NCBI RefSeq assembly: GCF_009834535.1
Contig: NC_045697.1
Location: forward strand, 67,520,001-67,584,000
Length of the DNA stretch: 64,000 bases
From: Camelus ferus
Lineage: Eukaryota
Direction of reading: 5' to 3'
The notes beneath the pieces are model-generated. The model saw only the letters and a list, made by a program, of their open reading frames with translations, searched no databases and was not told where the DNA came from. A program made the translations under genes and the position numbers. Shown one piece after another: positions 25,736 to 38,569 of the stretch (its first letter is position 1; the number at the start of each line of letters is the position of its first letter).

Positions 25736-28076
25736 GAAAGGGGATAAATCACTCTCATGGAGCTTCAAAAATAATTACGCTTTTCTTCCTCTACTCTTCA
25801 GTAATCCGACATAGCATACACCACTCTTCAACGGGCAGAGCAGAAGCATGAAGGAAGAAATCACATTATGAATAGCTCTGGATTCAATGAAAGTGTGCAC
25901 AGGCTTCTAAAGCGTATTCCACATTATGTAAGAACAAAGAGATTGAGCACAATAGGAAGCCCATTAAGTTGCTATTGCACTTAGAAGAAATTAAAGGTTC
26001 TGTTCAGACTATTATAAAACAGACTAAGACTATGCTAATCTGTAAAATCTTCAGATATATACATAATGAGCTACTGGGCAAGCAGATAACATAAATAAAA
26101 TTAATTTATGTTTTTACAATGCAGGAGCTCCTTTACAGGTGGAAATAGCAAGCTATCTATAAAATTTTAATTCTAGTACCTGGAGACAGACATTTAGAAA
26201 ACTTTTACAAGTTAAAAACATACATAATGTTTTTGTTTTGTCTGGGTTTGTGGCCCCGTGCTCCGCCTGTATTACAGGGAGGCTTGTTGCCACCCCTTGA
26301 GGCCAGTATTTATCAGTATTCATACTTATTGCTGCATGTTTTGGGGCAGCGCCTTTTCTCTCCAAATAGCTATTTGCCTCCAGAAATTTTTGTCTTCTCT
26401 TTCCTGACCCTCGCCTCCTTCCCCAATGAGTTTCAGTGATACATAAGAAGTTTGATGGACTGAGGTAGATCTGGCCGAGACACAATTGCTGTATAGAGCA
26501 GGATCGCTGTCTTTTCAGAAACAGTGTTTTGCTTGTGGCTGGGGTGGATATGATTGAGTCTTGATTGCTGCAAAGTTCACCAGGACCCTGTCTTTTTAGT
26601 GTGCAACTTATAGGCCTTCATCTCAGCCCTGAAATCCATGAGGCTTGCACATGGAGGTAATGTGTGAATGCTTATCAATTTTAAAAAGCTGGACAATTAA
26701 AAACTGTAACACTTGTAGCTCAGCCAGATTTTCTGTGAAATACCCATGACTAAGCATTAACATTGAAGACGAGAGTATTTCTTCCTCAACTTGGTGGGAC
26801 ATTTCTTATCTGGACTGGAACGGCATTGGAGGGATTCCAGCAGCTGCAACAGAACTGATGTTGAGTTTCCAGCTTCTCTCGGTGGTAGGGGCCTCAGGTG
26901 AACCTGACTCCTCCCCTGACAGTTCAGTGCAGTGTTTTGAGGCAGCTGAAGCACGTAGGAGGAGGTCTGCGGTGAATAAATCAAGGGGAATAGTGAGTTC
27001 TGAGTTTGACCTTGAGAGGCACCTCTGAGTCCCATGAAAGAAGCTATAGGCAGTGAAAAGGAGGACAGATTCTATGAGAAATACTCCCTAGGGAGCTTTG
27101 AAGCTATCGAGAAAAGACAACCCTTTGAAAAGCAGAATTTTTGTTTGTTAATTAACCATTACCATGTAGGATATAGATAAAAGTGACCTCATTTCTAGGA
27201 GCAGAGTGGTAAAGCCTAATCATATTTGTAGGAAGAATCACCCTGCTTGAAAAAAATGTTGAAATATTCTTTAGAGAAGGCAATTAATGCAAGGCTTGCA
27301 TTATGGAATAAAGAATATGCAAATATTCTATGCCAGTTTGAAAACTCTCCTAAGAATTTATTTTCCCATATTCCTAAGTGTCATAGTTTAGTGTCAAACA
27401 TAATTAAGCAAACTGTTTCCATAGCTGGGAACGTTTATATAAATTGATAACTTTAGGTCATGAACAAGAAAATATACAGTTATTTTTCTTTAAATAGCTA
27501 TAGATACATGTTATGATATAGATACATATATATGTTCTTTCCACTAAAGCCAATATGTCAAGTAGGAAAATACAGTAGATGTTTCAGGCAACACTGTCTA
27601 GAGCAGGGCATGGATGGGATTTTCTGATTGTGTCAGATGTGTGACTTGCTTGCTAAAGTCTTTGGGTTCTTCTGGCCCTTCAAAAAACAGAGTTCACACA
27701 AGAACCTCTTCTGCTGAGACATCTGGGAAGATCAGAGCCTGAGGGTAGACAGCCATTTATGCACAGAAGGACGAAACTCTTCATTCTAAGAGCAGCACAT
27801 ACCTACTGTTTTGAAGAGAACGCTGCACTCTCAGAGAAAACATGGTCCACTGGGTCCAATCCCCAGATATCTGCAGCCCTGAAGTTCTCTTTTGACTGTG
27901 GTGACCCAGAGAGAGAAGCTTTTTGCCAAAATAATGTGCAGTTTTATTCCCAGTCTCTACCCTTTCCCAGAATGCTGTTAGTCCTATATCCATTGGGATT
28001 AAGGGTGCTATCACAGAGCACAGGTATGCACCTGCCCAAAGAAAAGAGATGATTAAGCAGTTTTCATTACCTGAGA

Positions 28077-28101
28077 GTGTGTGTGTGTGTGTGTGTGTAT
28101 G

Positions 28102-28173
<72 letters not shown>
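28077..28173. repeat. Compound (TG)n-(GA)n microsatellite
   Basis: Directly visible. Confidence 0.97.
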
Positions 28174-28175
<2 letters not shown>

Positions 28176-28234
28176 TATGTGTGCTTTGAAAGGTCTCAGA
28201 ATTTTTTATTCCAGTAGAATCATTTGACTAGGGC

Positions 28235-28365
28235 CACCTGAGATGTGACGCACAGTCACTGCTTTAACCACACTTCCTGTCTTTGTGCCCAGTGTGGTGT
28301 GGCCTACACTTACTGACAACAGGTCAGCTCAGGTGATCTCGTCTGTCTCTCTTTAATCAGGAAGT
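28235..28365. promoter_or_regulatory. Candidate enhancer motif cluster (E-box, CRE-like, RUNX x2, ETS x2, DR4)
   Basis: CACCTG 28235; TGACGCA 28246; AACCACA 28266 overlapping ACTTCCTG 28272; TGTGGT 28293; AGGTCA-n4-AGGTGA 28321-28336; CAGGAAGT 28358. Motifs only, function inferred. Confidence 0.3.
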
Positions 28366-28849
28366 CTCATCTAAAATGCTCAGGGGGAAGAATTTGTTTA
28401 CAGTGCAAAGGCCCCTCATCTAGATACTAGAAAATTCTCTGGAAACCTTTTGGCTCTCATGCCACTGAGATGCTCAGTAACTGGTCCTGACATCTCCATC
28501 ATCCTAGGGTGGATTGGTGTCAGTCCTTTCACAGGAGTCTTGTTCATTATCATTTATCAAACCAAACAAAACATGATTTGATATTGGGGAGAGGTCATTT
28601 CAAAGGAAAATGTGAGACTCGTCCTATCCAAGACCATCTTTGCCTTCACCTTATGTGCTATCTTTCTTTTGACTTGATGTGACGTTCCTGAGTGACTGAC
28701 AACTTCTAGGTTTCTGTTTTCAGAATCTCATTATTACAGTCCACGTATATTACCTGAGGGTGGAGGGAGACCCTGACCAAGTTTCATTTTAATTTTTCAA
28801 CAGGCAATAACTAATATACACATTCTTAGCTAATTGCCATTTTAAAAGT

Positions 28850-29290
28850 CACAGGATGGCTGAGATACAGGACTGCAAGGTCTCACCCAGTAAGTGTGAG
28901 TGTGGGGTTCACATTAATGTGTTAATGGTTTATTGTGGGCGTTACTTAGTTATCATTCCTAAACTTGGAAATAGTTGGTTGATTGCCTGTGTTTAAACAG
29001 AAGCTCTTAAAGAGGCAGAGAAAACGAGTGTACATGGAAATCTAAAGGATGTAGTAGTTGCAGAAAGAGAAGCAGAGATGAGAGACCTCCATGAGACAAA
29101 TGTAGTCTTTGCCTGAGTTTACGATGAATTTCTCTTTCCTGGTTCTGGTCTCTCCTACTGCCTAGTAGCTCTTACTGCCCTTGGTACTCTGCGATAACAC
29201 TCCATCCTGGCAATTAATCTTTGTATTAGTTTGGAGCTAGCTTGCATTATTTCCTGTTACTTCATGTGAAAGAAAGTCTAGATAAGGCAG
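28850..29290 (+). mobile_element. Old MaLR LTR (MLT1L/M/N-like)
   Basis: 'gagaagcagagatgagaga' and terminal 'atttcctgttacttcatgtgaaagaaagtcta'. Confidence 0.5.
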
Positions 29291-30349
29291 TAAGAGGCAT
29301 TAACTGTAGATGTCTTCAATAATTCAAGAGTGCATTATATCTAGCAAAATGTCTAGGCTACAGAATATACTGAGTAAATACAAAAAGACAATCTAGCTAG
29401 GTGGTGGCAAATTGGAAAAGATGGAATGGAAACCAGAGATTTGTGATAAAAGAAATCCTGAAGGATTTGGCAAGTGGTAAGATATAAAAGAAACAATTGA
29501 TGCCTGTGGTGAGGATTCAAGCTAGCTGACTCTAGAGGTAGATGATCTCAGGACAATCCTATTTAAATAATTTTTTAAAAAATTTAAGAGCACAATAACT
29601 AATGGAAAAATGAGACCAAAATAAACAGCAATATAAACAATATATGAAACATTTGAAATTTTAAAATATTGTTTTCTTTCTATGCATTTGATGAGAAAAG
29701 CAATTCTTCACTCCTCCCACCCCCTTATCCTTTGCTTTATATGTACAGGTTAATGTTTTTAGGCATTAGAAAGGAAGCTACAGAGTGCTTTCTTTAGAGG
29801 ATAATTTTTTACTTTTTAATGCACATCAATTTAGCTCCACACAATGCAATTTGAAGTGAGGTGTTTCTATGTCAGTGAAGGTGTTGGGAAGACAGTGAGT
29901 ATAAGAGACTTCATTGTAAATAGCCTCAGACACAGCACGTCATTGATGAAGGACAGTGTATGCATTTATGTAGGATGGAAAGGACCATTAGTCACACATC
30001 CATCTTTTCAGTCTCTGAAAGAACAATCCCCATTATAACATCATTTTTGAATAATAAGAAAAATGTATGTATGTCCTTGGAAATTCAATAAATTGTGAAC
30101 CTTACACCTGAAAAATTTGCAGGCACCTGGGAGAGCTAATTAATTCTTTTATTTTTATAGAATATTTTCTACACTGCTGTTCTAGTACTTGGTGACCACA
30201 AAACATAAATACAGTCCCATAAGAAAAAGCTGAGAGAGAAAATAATATGAAAATTAACACAATATTTGCACAACTGAGTTTCTTACCCTTAGCAAATAAA
30301 GGAAGGAAGAAATGTTTTCCCAATTAAATTCTGAGATGATGCATCAGTG

Positions 30350-30841
30350 TAAGATGCACCAGAGCCCAGAATCACATAACTAGGTTCACCTCTGGTTTTG
30401 GTTACAGTCGTGGACCCATGTCTGGAGGAATTTAGACTCACCATGCACCAACCATGTTTCATCTCAGATTCATGCTGCTTGTTTTTCTGTTTTGCACCCA
30501 GGAACATCTCCAATGCTGTGCCCACTGAACCTGGGCTCAAACTCAGCCAAATGTGGAAGCATTTACATCCCTAAAGTTAACCTTCAAATGGGAAAGAGAG
30601 TCAATGTAAAGAGTCTCCCGTCCATCAGGTGAGCAATTAATGTAGGTGTTCTGCGTGCTTCCCAGGTGGGTGGTCCTGGCAGCACTGACTCCAGGGAACT
30701 GGCTGTTGCCTCTCCTATGCATTAGCTTTTCCTCCTTCCTTAGCTCACTTTGCTTGTTTCCTCACTTCAAGTAAAAGAACTGCCCCCAAGTGTTGTCACT
30801 GGCTCCTTGTCACTGGGTTTAAGGTATTCTAAGTTAAGACA
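30350..30841 (+). mobile_element. ERVL solo LTR (LTR16 family)
   Basis: 'ttagcttttcctccttccttagctcactt...aactgcccccaagtgttgtc...taagttaagaca' resembles the LTR16 3' end, finishing in CA. Confidence 0.65.
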
Positions 30842-33086
30842 TTAGGTCATTGTAAATTAGAAGATTAAAAAAAAATTGTGAATCCTACACTGAAATACTT
30901 AACATACTTTATTTCACCTATAAAAATGGGTATAAAACACTTTAAACCCTGTGTTTATAAAAAATTATAGCCAAATTAAATTTTGCAAAACAGCCATTAG
31001 GAATCTTCTCAATTTCCGAAAATCAGTTTCTCCTGTCACTTCAAGTTTATATTATTTCCAAGGAGTTAATGACTTATATAAATCAACACATCACTCATTA
31101 TATACACTAAATGGAAGAAATTTGTTTTGTAATGGAATAAATTGCTTCAAAACAGAAATAATTCTCTTCTCAATTTCTTAATTTTGATACAACAAATTTC
31201 TTAATATAGAAAGCCACAGAAATTCTGCAGATACTGTGCATAGCAAGATTTGAACTTTCATCTTTAAATAAATTCCTTTTAATTTCTTAGGGAATATGTA
31301 AACTTTAAAAGGACAAAATGGAATTACTCTTCACGAATTAATTTCACTACTATTATGATTCTATTATTACTATTCTTACAAAGTCTGTGTAGCATATGTT
31401 TCATAAGCTTCATTTGGTAACATAAAATAAATGGATTTGAAGGGAAAATCTACTTAAATCAGACTTTGAACACCTGGCAATATTTGAAAAGTATAAAAAA
31501 CACTTCAAAATTTTATCTAATTGCTAAAAATAATTTTCTAAAATTAATGATAAAATATTTCAAAATGAAGAAGATTGCTAGCATAAAATGTGAATTTTTC
31601 AATTATTCACTCCCTTTTTAAAATATTCTTTATTTGAAATAACATCTCTGCAAGACACACTGAACATAAAATTTTTTTCTATGTATATTTAGGTTGAAAG
31701 AAAGTCTTGAGTTGTTAAGAGGCATAGGAGTCTATTAATCTGGAAATTTATTTTTCCTTAGACTTCAAAGTCTTTCATAGTGTTCTGAAAATTTTGTTTA
31801 GAGTAATTATTTACAACAAATACAGTTATAACGTGACAATAAAATAAATAGAAAAATACAATTCTATATTTATTTGAAATTAATGCATATTTATAAATCC
31901 AAAGTGATTATTAGCTAAAAATAAAATGATTGTAAATATCAGTTAGAAGTAAGTGATTACTAGTATGGGACTTCCAACTTAAGAGATATTAATAGTTTTA
32001 AGGTAACACATATCCTTTATTCCTACTTTTAATTTACTCCAACTATAAATCTGAATTTTTATGCTCAGTCTTTGTTAATCTATAATCTATGATGTGATTC
32101 AAAAATCCAGACTACCTCTTGATTAAACATTTATACACAGATAATTTAATTCTTTCTTTTATTTGATTAGACATGGTTAACCACATATGACCTCTAGTAA
32201 CATGGTATAGATTTCTCTGTATTTCTACCTTGATACTAGATGTATTCATCTAAATTAACTGAAAATATGTTTTATTAAAAGTGGTCCTAAAAATAAAAAC
32301 AGATCTCTGTGATATATACAGGAAAAAAAATTAACTCTACCATGCACAATGTCTTTTTAGATCATCTGAGTTTTAAAAGAAATAATAACCTGTTTGCTAT
32401 TTACTCTGTAATTTCCAGTAGAAAACATATGTTCCACTTACCTCAATTTTAATCTTCCTTTCTTACATTTAACATCTTGAAATTATTATTCATAGAACAT
32501 TATGTTAGTATACATGGATTTTGTGTGTCAGCTAAACTCTTTCTTCATGGGATATGGGAGGAAAGATGTTATATTTATTATGTAATAAAGACCTCCAAAC
32601 TTTCAGAAGGCAAAGTTATGTCTAGAGTTAAATGAACCAAATTAAGAATAGGGAGGTAGTAGTGGTCCATGCAGTAAGAAAAATACATCATTAGTAAGGA
32701 ATTCAAGTGAACTAAAACTATTAAATATGTCTGCATTTTATTTACACAATGTGCCGGTGTTTTTGAAAATTTTAGTGGCAAAATGTATTCTTCCATCCCC
32801 TCAAACCTTTGATATTTCTTAGTTCTAAACAGTTACAGATTTACTATTATCTCTCTTCCTTTCTATCTTAAATTCTACAATTAAAATGAATCCAATTAGT
32901 ACAATATTTATTTCTTACCCTCTGATACGAATTGTATTCTACATGGAAGTTAATTAAAAGATTTTCCTATTGTAATGTTTGTCCATGGGACAAAGGGCTC
33001 AGACACGTTATGTTCAACTCAAGAGTAAGTTTGTAATAATTAGAAAATTCTCAAGATCACTTCAAGTACAGCCTATGTCTCCACCC

Positions 33087-34322
33087 TTGTGATATTAACT
33101 ATTACATATTCCTGAACTCAAACTATATACTCAAAATGTGCAATGGTAACACAATGATTATAAAGACAAAGAAATTGAACTTGAACCACTTGAAAATTTT
33201 AATTTGTGTTTAAAATTTAAAGAGTATACACTGTGAGATGTCGCATTTTTGTTTGGTAAGTGAAAATTTTAGTTCATACGTGAATATGTTGCTGAATTTG
33301 AATATTTAAAACCAATGGTTGAATCAAGAAAATAATGATTATTACTGATTATTACATGGTGATTACTGACAAATAACTTTGTCTTTTAGAGAATGGTGAT
33401 GTTAGACATTATGTCCTCCAAGTTTTCGAATGCACTCTGTGTGCCACTGTTCACATATTTAGTAGATCACCACAAAGCTAGAGGATGCTATGAAGTGCCT
33501 TCTTAATTTTTACATTTATTGCTGCATATCCTGAGCTACAGCAATGACACAGAAATAACTTCAGAAAGGTACATAGATATTTTTAACAGCAATTTGAACA
33601 AATAGAATCCATAACCATTCTTAATCATGAATTTTATATTATAAAATCTTAATTTTGTCTTTGTGTCTCTGGAAGATTAAAAATGCTTTTTAATTCACAA
33701 AGTGAATATATATAAAGAAGCAAATGTAGTAGATAACTGTAATAGTGCCACTCCAGTTTTGACACTGCTAGTGTAACTTTTAAGCCCCACCACTTCCCTT
33801 TCCCATCCTACCCCACACCTGGAAAAGCAAATAAAACATCCAGTTGCTCCTTTTTTTGTTTTTTTTTTGGTGCTGGTGAGAATCACGAAATTCCTGTTCC
33901 ATCCAGGGTAACCTTTGCCCAGCCCCACTCCTTAACTACCATATGCCCCATGCTAGTCTTCCCCTGCTCTCTGAAGCTGTTTTTGAACCTGCTTTTGGAG
34001 CTTGCCCTGCTTGCTCAAGAAAGCCTCATTTTGTAAGTAATAATCCTTCCTCATACCTTCTTGTTTTCTGTGTGTATGTGTTTGTGTGTATGATCATCAG
34101 TATAGACATGCAAACCAAATGTTGAGTGGAAGTTTCATCCAATTTTTGAAGAGTGAGTATAACAAGGTTGCTTTCTCCATGTAAAATACATACAGAAGCT
34201 CACTCAATATGGGGAACTGTAGTAATATGGAAGAATTATTCTCCTTGCCCAATACATTGAAATGTTGGATTGTGATATTAAGTATTACATATTCCTGAGC
34301 TTAAACAATATACTCAAAATGT
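33087..34322 (+). repeat. 53-bp dispersed direct repeat (copies at 33087-33139 and 34270-34322)
   Basis: Manual ungapped alignment gives 49/53 identity. Confidence 0.9.
33765..34164 (+). mobile_element. MER74-like ERVL LTR (3' part)
   Basis: 'ggagcttgccctgct...agaaagcctcattttgtaagtaataa...atcatcagtatagacatgcaaaccaaat...tataaca'. Confidence 0.75.
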
Positions 34323-34399
34323 ATAACATATATTTTATGCCTAGCTGAACTCAAATCCAAGACATTTAACACCTGAAAAAATTTTCGGAAGCTGGTTTT

Positions 34400-34812
34400 T
34401 AAAAAGAATGTGTATTTTATGTTTTATGCATGTTATATTGCAAATGAACCACTCACAAATGTTGAGTGAGTACAGGTGTACTAGCCACCACCATGAACCA
34501 CAGTAACATCCTAAACTGATATATACAACTGGTTCTTTGACCATAATGCAGTTAAATCAAAGAGCAACTATAGTTCCACATATTATTGGGAAAAGCCCTT
34601 TTAAATAATGTGTGAGTTACAGAGTAACTTAAGGGACATTTAAGATGAATTTGAATGAATTTATAATTTTTTAAATAAATGTATGTGGCATGCAGGTAAA
34701 TTGTTACTTAGGAGAATACCTATTATGGCTTTAGATGATTCACTGATAAACAAGGAAAACTAGAAATCAGGAAATTAGTGAGGTAATTGTTCAACTCATG
34801 AGGCTAGGATGA
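34400..34812 (+). mobile_element. Old L1 ORF2 fragment (end of the endonuclease region)
   Basis: 'ttctttgaccataatgcagttaaat' (degenerate SDHNxIK) and 'atgtggcatgcaggtaaa' (LWDAAK-like). Confidence 0.6.
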
Positions 34813-34842
34813 TACAAATTAAAATAGTGAGGGCCATTTTAC

Positions 34843-35040
34843 CCACAGTCATCTTCAATACGAGTAGTACTGGAAATTTGGAAATTGTGGAGTTGTTATT
34901 ATTTATTGTAATATGCTACTGTCATTTAGTGCCAATGGGCCAAGGATACAAATGTCCTATAGTGCACTGAACTAGTTCCACATAACAAAGAATTGTCTAA
35001 TTCAAACTGTCCAAGAGACTTTCTATTAAGAAATATTATA
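34843..35040. mobile_element. MER20-like hAT MITE
   Basis: 'atgctactgtcatttagtg...ggccaaggatac...cacataacaaagaattgtc...attaagaaa'. Confidence 0.6.
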
Positions 35041-35073
35041 TGGTCATCAATTTTTTTTAAGTCTGGAATTTCT

Positions 35074-35195
35074 GGGGTTTTTTTTAACATTTTTTATTGA
35101 TTTATAATCATTTTACAATGTTGTGTCCAATTCCAGTGTTCAGCACAATTTTTCAGTCATTCATGGACATATACACACTCATTGTCGCATTTTTT
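35074..35195 (-). mobile_element. Very short young camelid-type L1 3' tail with 12-bp TSD
   Basis: 'ttttttattgatttataatcattttacaatgttgtgtccaattccagtgttcagcacaatttttcagtcattcatggacatatacacactcattgtc'. Perfect TSD tctggaatttct at 35062-35073 and 35196-35207. Confidence 0.9.
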
Positions 35196-35211
35196 TCTGG
35201 AATTTCTTAAT

Positions 35212-35890
35212 TTGATGAAGTTGTGCAATGGGAGTTCCCATATCCTGCTGGCAGGAATATAAATCAGTACAACCATTTGAAGAGGAATTTGGCAATATTT
35301 GATAAAGTTGAGAATGTAAACACCCTATTCTCATCCTGTGACTCAGACCTCCCACTTTTGGGTATACATTCTGGTGAAACTCTTGCACACATATGCCAGG
35401 AAGCATAGACAAAAATGTTCATGGCAGCATTCTTTGGAATGGGAAACATTTAGGAATCTTAGGTGAATGGAAGATTGGATCAGTGAGTTGTGACATATTC
35501 ACATAATGGAATACTGTATGCCCTTGTAAATTAATGAAATTATTCTGTATGCAGACCCATCCTAAAATGTTGCATGAGACAGAAATCTGTGGAATGTTCA
35601 GGGAAAAAAAACTCATAAAAATCAACACACATGTAATCCTATACCATATTATTTATAGGTATTTATGTGTAGCAAAATTATAAAATTATGAACTGGATAT
35701 ACAGACATCAAATTTGTTATTGTGGCTGCTGCCAGGAAGGAGCAGGGAAGGATGTGAGACTAGAAAGGAGGATGCACAGAACTTCAACTTCATGTATCAT
35801 TTTACTTTTCTTGAAGGAAGCAAACATGACAAAACCTGTGTTAATTTTGTCTGGTGCTTCCACTGCTGTATATTAATCGCTGTAACTTGA
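35212..35890 (+). mobile_element. L1ME-like 3' end
   Basis: 'ctgctggcaggaatataaatcagtacaaccatttgaagaggaatttggcaata...cccacttttgggtatac...aatgttcatggcagcatt'. Confidence 0.85.
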
Positions 35891-36849
35891 TCTCTTTTTT
35901 GAAACAAAATATTTCCTTAACAGTCTCAAGCTCACTGAAGTGTCTTGTTTAAATTTACATGAAAAAAATTAAATATTAGGGTTTATACTAGAATAAGACC
36001 TTTAGATTACAGATGCTCTGCTCTGTGTCCTATATATACTCTTTCAAATGTCCCACTAATTCCTATTCCCCCTTGTGCTGAAATTTTGAACATTACTAGT
36101 TCACATATTTGAAAACTTTCTTAACATTTCCACCTGTGGGTTAAAAATGACCAGATCTTTTTAATCTTAAATGCCAAGGATTTCCCCTTTAAAGTTTAAT
36201 TACTTTTTCTTTTCTTTTTTACCTTTTCAAAGTTCTAAATTCTGTAAAACTGTATTATAAATCATATTTATTGTCTCTTTTCTTTTCCCCCACCATGTGA
36301 CCCAGATTTAGAAATACATTTTATGTGCAAGGGGTTTTAGAAGGGTACATAGAGATACAGTTCTTGTTTCTTAACAACTTATGGTTTAATAGGATGAAAA
36401 ATTTGGAAGGGAGGTAAAATGAACACATTTAGCTTCTTTATAGAGTATTAAAATAGTGTTAAAACTCATAGATAAAATGTTTTAGGTATTAGAATGAGGG
36501 AAATGGAAATGACGGAATATTAAGTCAGGGAAATATTCTAGGGATATCTTAGAAAAAAATAGTATTCTTAATAAAAGAGTAGGAAGAGACAAATAGTCCC
36601 ATTTTAATGTTTTATCCAAAATATTGTTGGGAAAGGAATCATTTAACCACATTGTAAGGGGTCCTGGTTATCATTGAAGTAAGTACTTAGTTTGATAGGT
36701 AACAGAGACAGATGAAAAGCTTCTAGCGTGGGGTGGGAAGTGCAAAGGATATAGTTAAACCTGCGGTGTAGGAAAACTAATTCAAAAGTTATATGTAGAA
36801 GGCTATTATGGTCTTCTCCTGGAATCCATTGTGAATTCCCTGATGGCAG

Positions 36850-37030
36850 AAACCATAGCACTTTACGCACTGTATATATTTGTTTACTTATTGATTTTTA
36901 AATTTATTTATGACACAGGTACTCAATAGATGCTGAATGAAGGAACAAAGGCAGCCACTTATTCACCAAAAATTTATTGAGCACCTACATGTGTCAGACA
37001 ATTCACTGAGTTTAGAAATACTGTCAGATG
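36850..37030. mobile_element. Two L2 3' tail remnants, tail to tail
   Basis: Sense 'ggtactcaatagatgctgaatgaa' followed by antisense 'aatttattgagcacctacatgtgtcagac'. Confidence 0.55.
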
Positions 37031-38569
37031 ACAATGCCCATTTATTTTACTGACTTTCTGCTCTCTGCTTTCAGTCTTGCTGGATGACTGATGAGTCACA
37101 TGGACCTCAGTTCAGTGCCAAAGGGGGGCCCTTCTGAAGTCAAATTTTCTGTGCCTGTTTTGTTACTTGTTATTTTATTACCCGTTACTATGTCATCCTC
37201 CTTTAACCTATAACTAGAGAGTCTTGAGAGCAACCTCTGTTCAGGCCCAGTTTGCCGCCAAATGAACCCTAACTGCTTCCCTGGGGTAGTAGATCTCCTT
37301 TCCTAGCTCCATCACTCTGTGATGGGAATTCATTTGTTTTTCAATTAACATTTTATTCAAAACATCATTTGTAATATTATAAGTACGTAAGATTTAGAAA
37401 CTTGCCTAAGGAATTTTTTTTTTTTAATCAAGATTTTCCCTATACAAAAGTAGTGAGAACATTGTACTTACGACCCCATCTGGCACCACTGAACAGAAAA
37501 TTCCTTCGTCTGCTCTCTGTTCACTTATAGTAGTTCTGATGTTGGTGACTTTAAAATTGTGAACTTCTAATGGATTTTTCAGTATAATGGCTTCTTTATA
37601 GAAAAGGAGAAGAACACATCCAAAGCATTGCCTTTCTTTGAATGAAAGAAATTTGTTTTTGATTGAAATTTGTTTAGAAATTTTCAACATTACGTTTTAG
37701 GAAGGTAGAAAGGTGATTTTATTTTTGTTTTTTGATTACTTGTGTGTTTTCTTCCTAATAATAGCTTCTTGTTAAATTTGATAAAGAAACCAGAAACCAA
37801 GTTGTCCCCTAGAGGTACAAACTGAAGAGGAGCCCTCTGACATTTTTCAAAACAAGGGCAATGTGAATTAAAAAAAAAAAAAAAAGATAGATAAAGAAGG
37901 CGAAAGCATTCCTTCCTCTCTTGGCCCTTTCGTCTGCTTGATTGGCCAGGAATGATGATGTGATTCATCATCTTCACTTCAGCTGGTGGCATGAAAACTT
38001 CCAGCAATGCTGACAGGATCAGGAGAACATCTCTTCCCCTTTGTCTCCTCCAAAACTCAGTCATGGTTAATTTAGCTATTGTGAAAGGAGCAAATGGGAA
38101 ATTCAAAAGCGACATTGCTTCACACAAAGTGTGCTGTTTATTCCTTCCAAATGCCAAAACTGATCAAAGTAAGCCATCATCAATTCACAATGCTGAAATC
38201 ATGAAGAAGCATTATACATGTAACTTATAAAATCATGCTTGCTCCAAAACAGCTGAAACCCTGAGGAAGAGTGCTTTTGATTAGAATGAAGATAATACAC
38301 CAGAATTTCGCCATTCAGAAGCAAACATCACGTTTTCTTCATTTATTAAAGAGGAGATGATTATATGATGTATGCAATGCTGTTATGATCTAAAATATTA
38401 AATATCCAATTTTTCTTTTAGTTTATTGTCCCATGAGCTTGAATTTATGTCTTTGATCAGTTTGAAAACTCCTGCTGTCATCGTGGGCAAAATCAGCATT
38501 CCCCTGGAGGTTCTTGTATCAACATTTCGAGGAAATTTGAATTTGAAGCTCTAACTATCCATAATGGAT

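Noticed and set aside
37092..37130. AP-1 site TGAGTCA plus a CTCF-like ccaaaggggggccc
   Set aside because: A single 7-mer is expected by chance in 64 kb, and the CTCF-like string mismatches several core positions.
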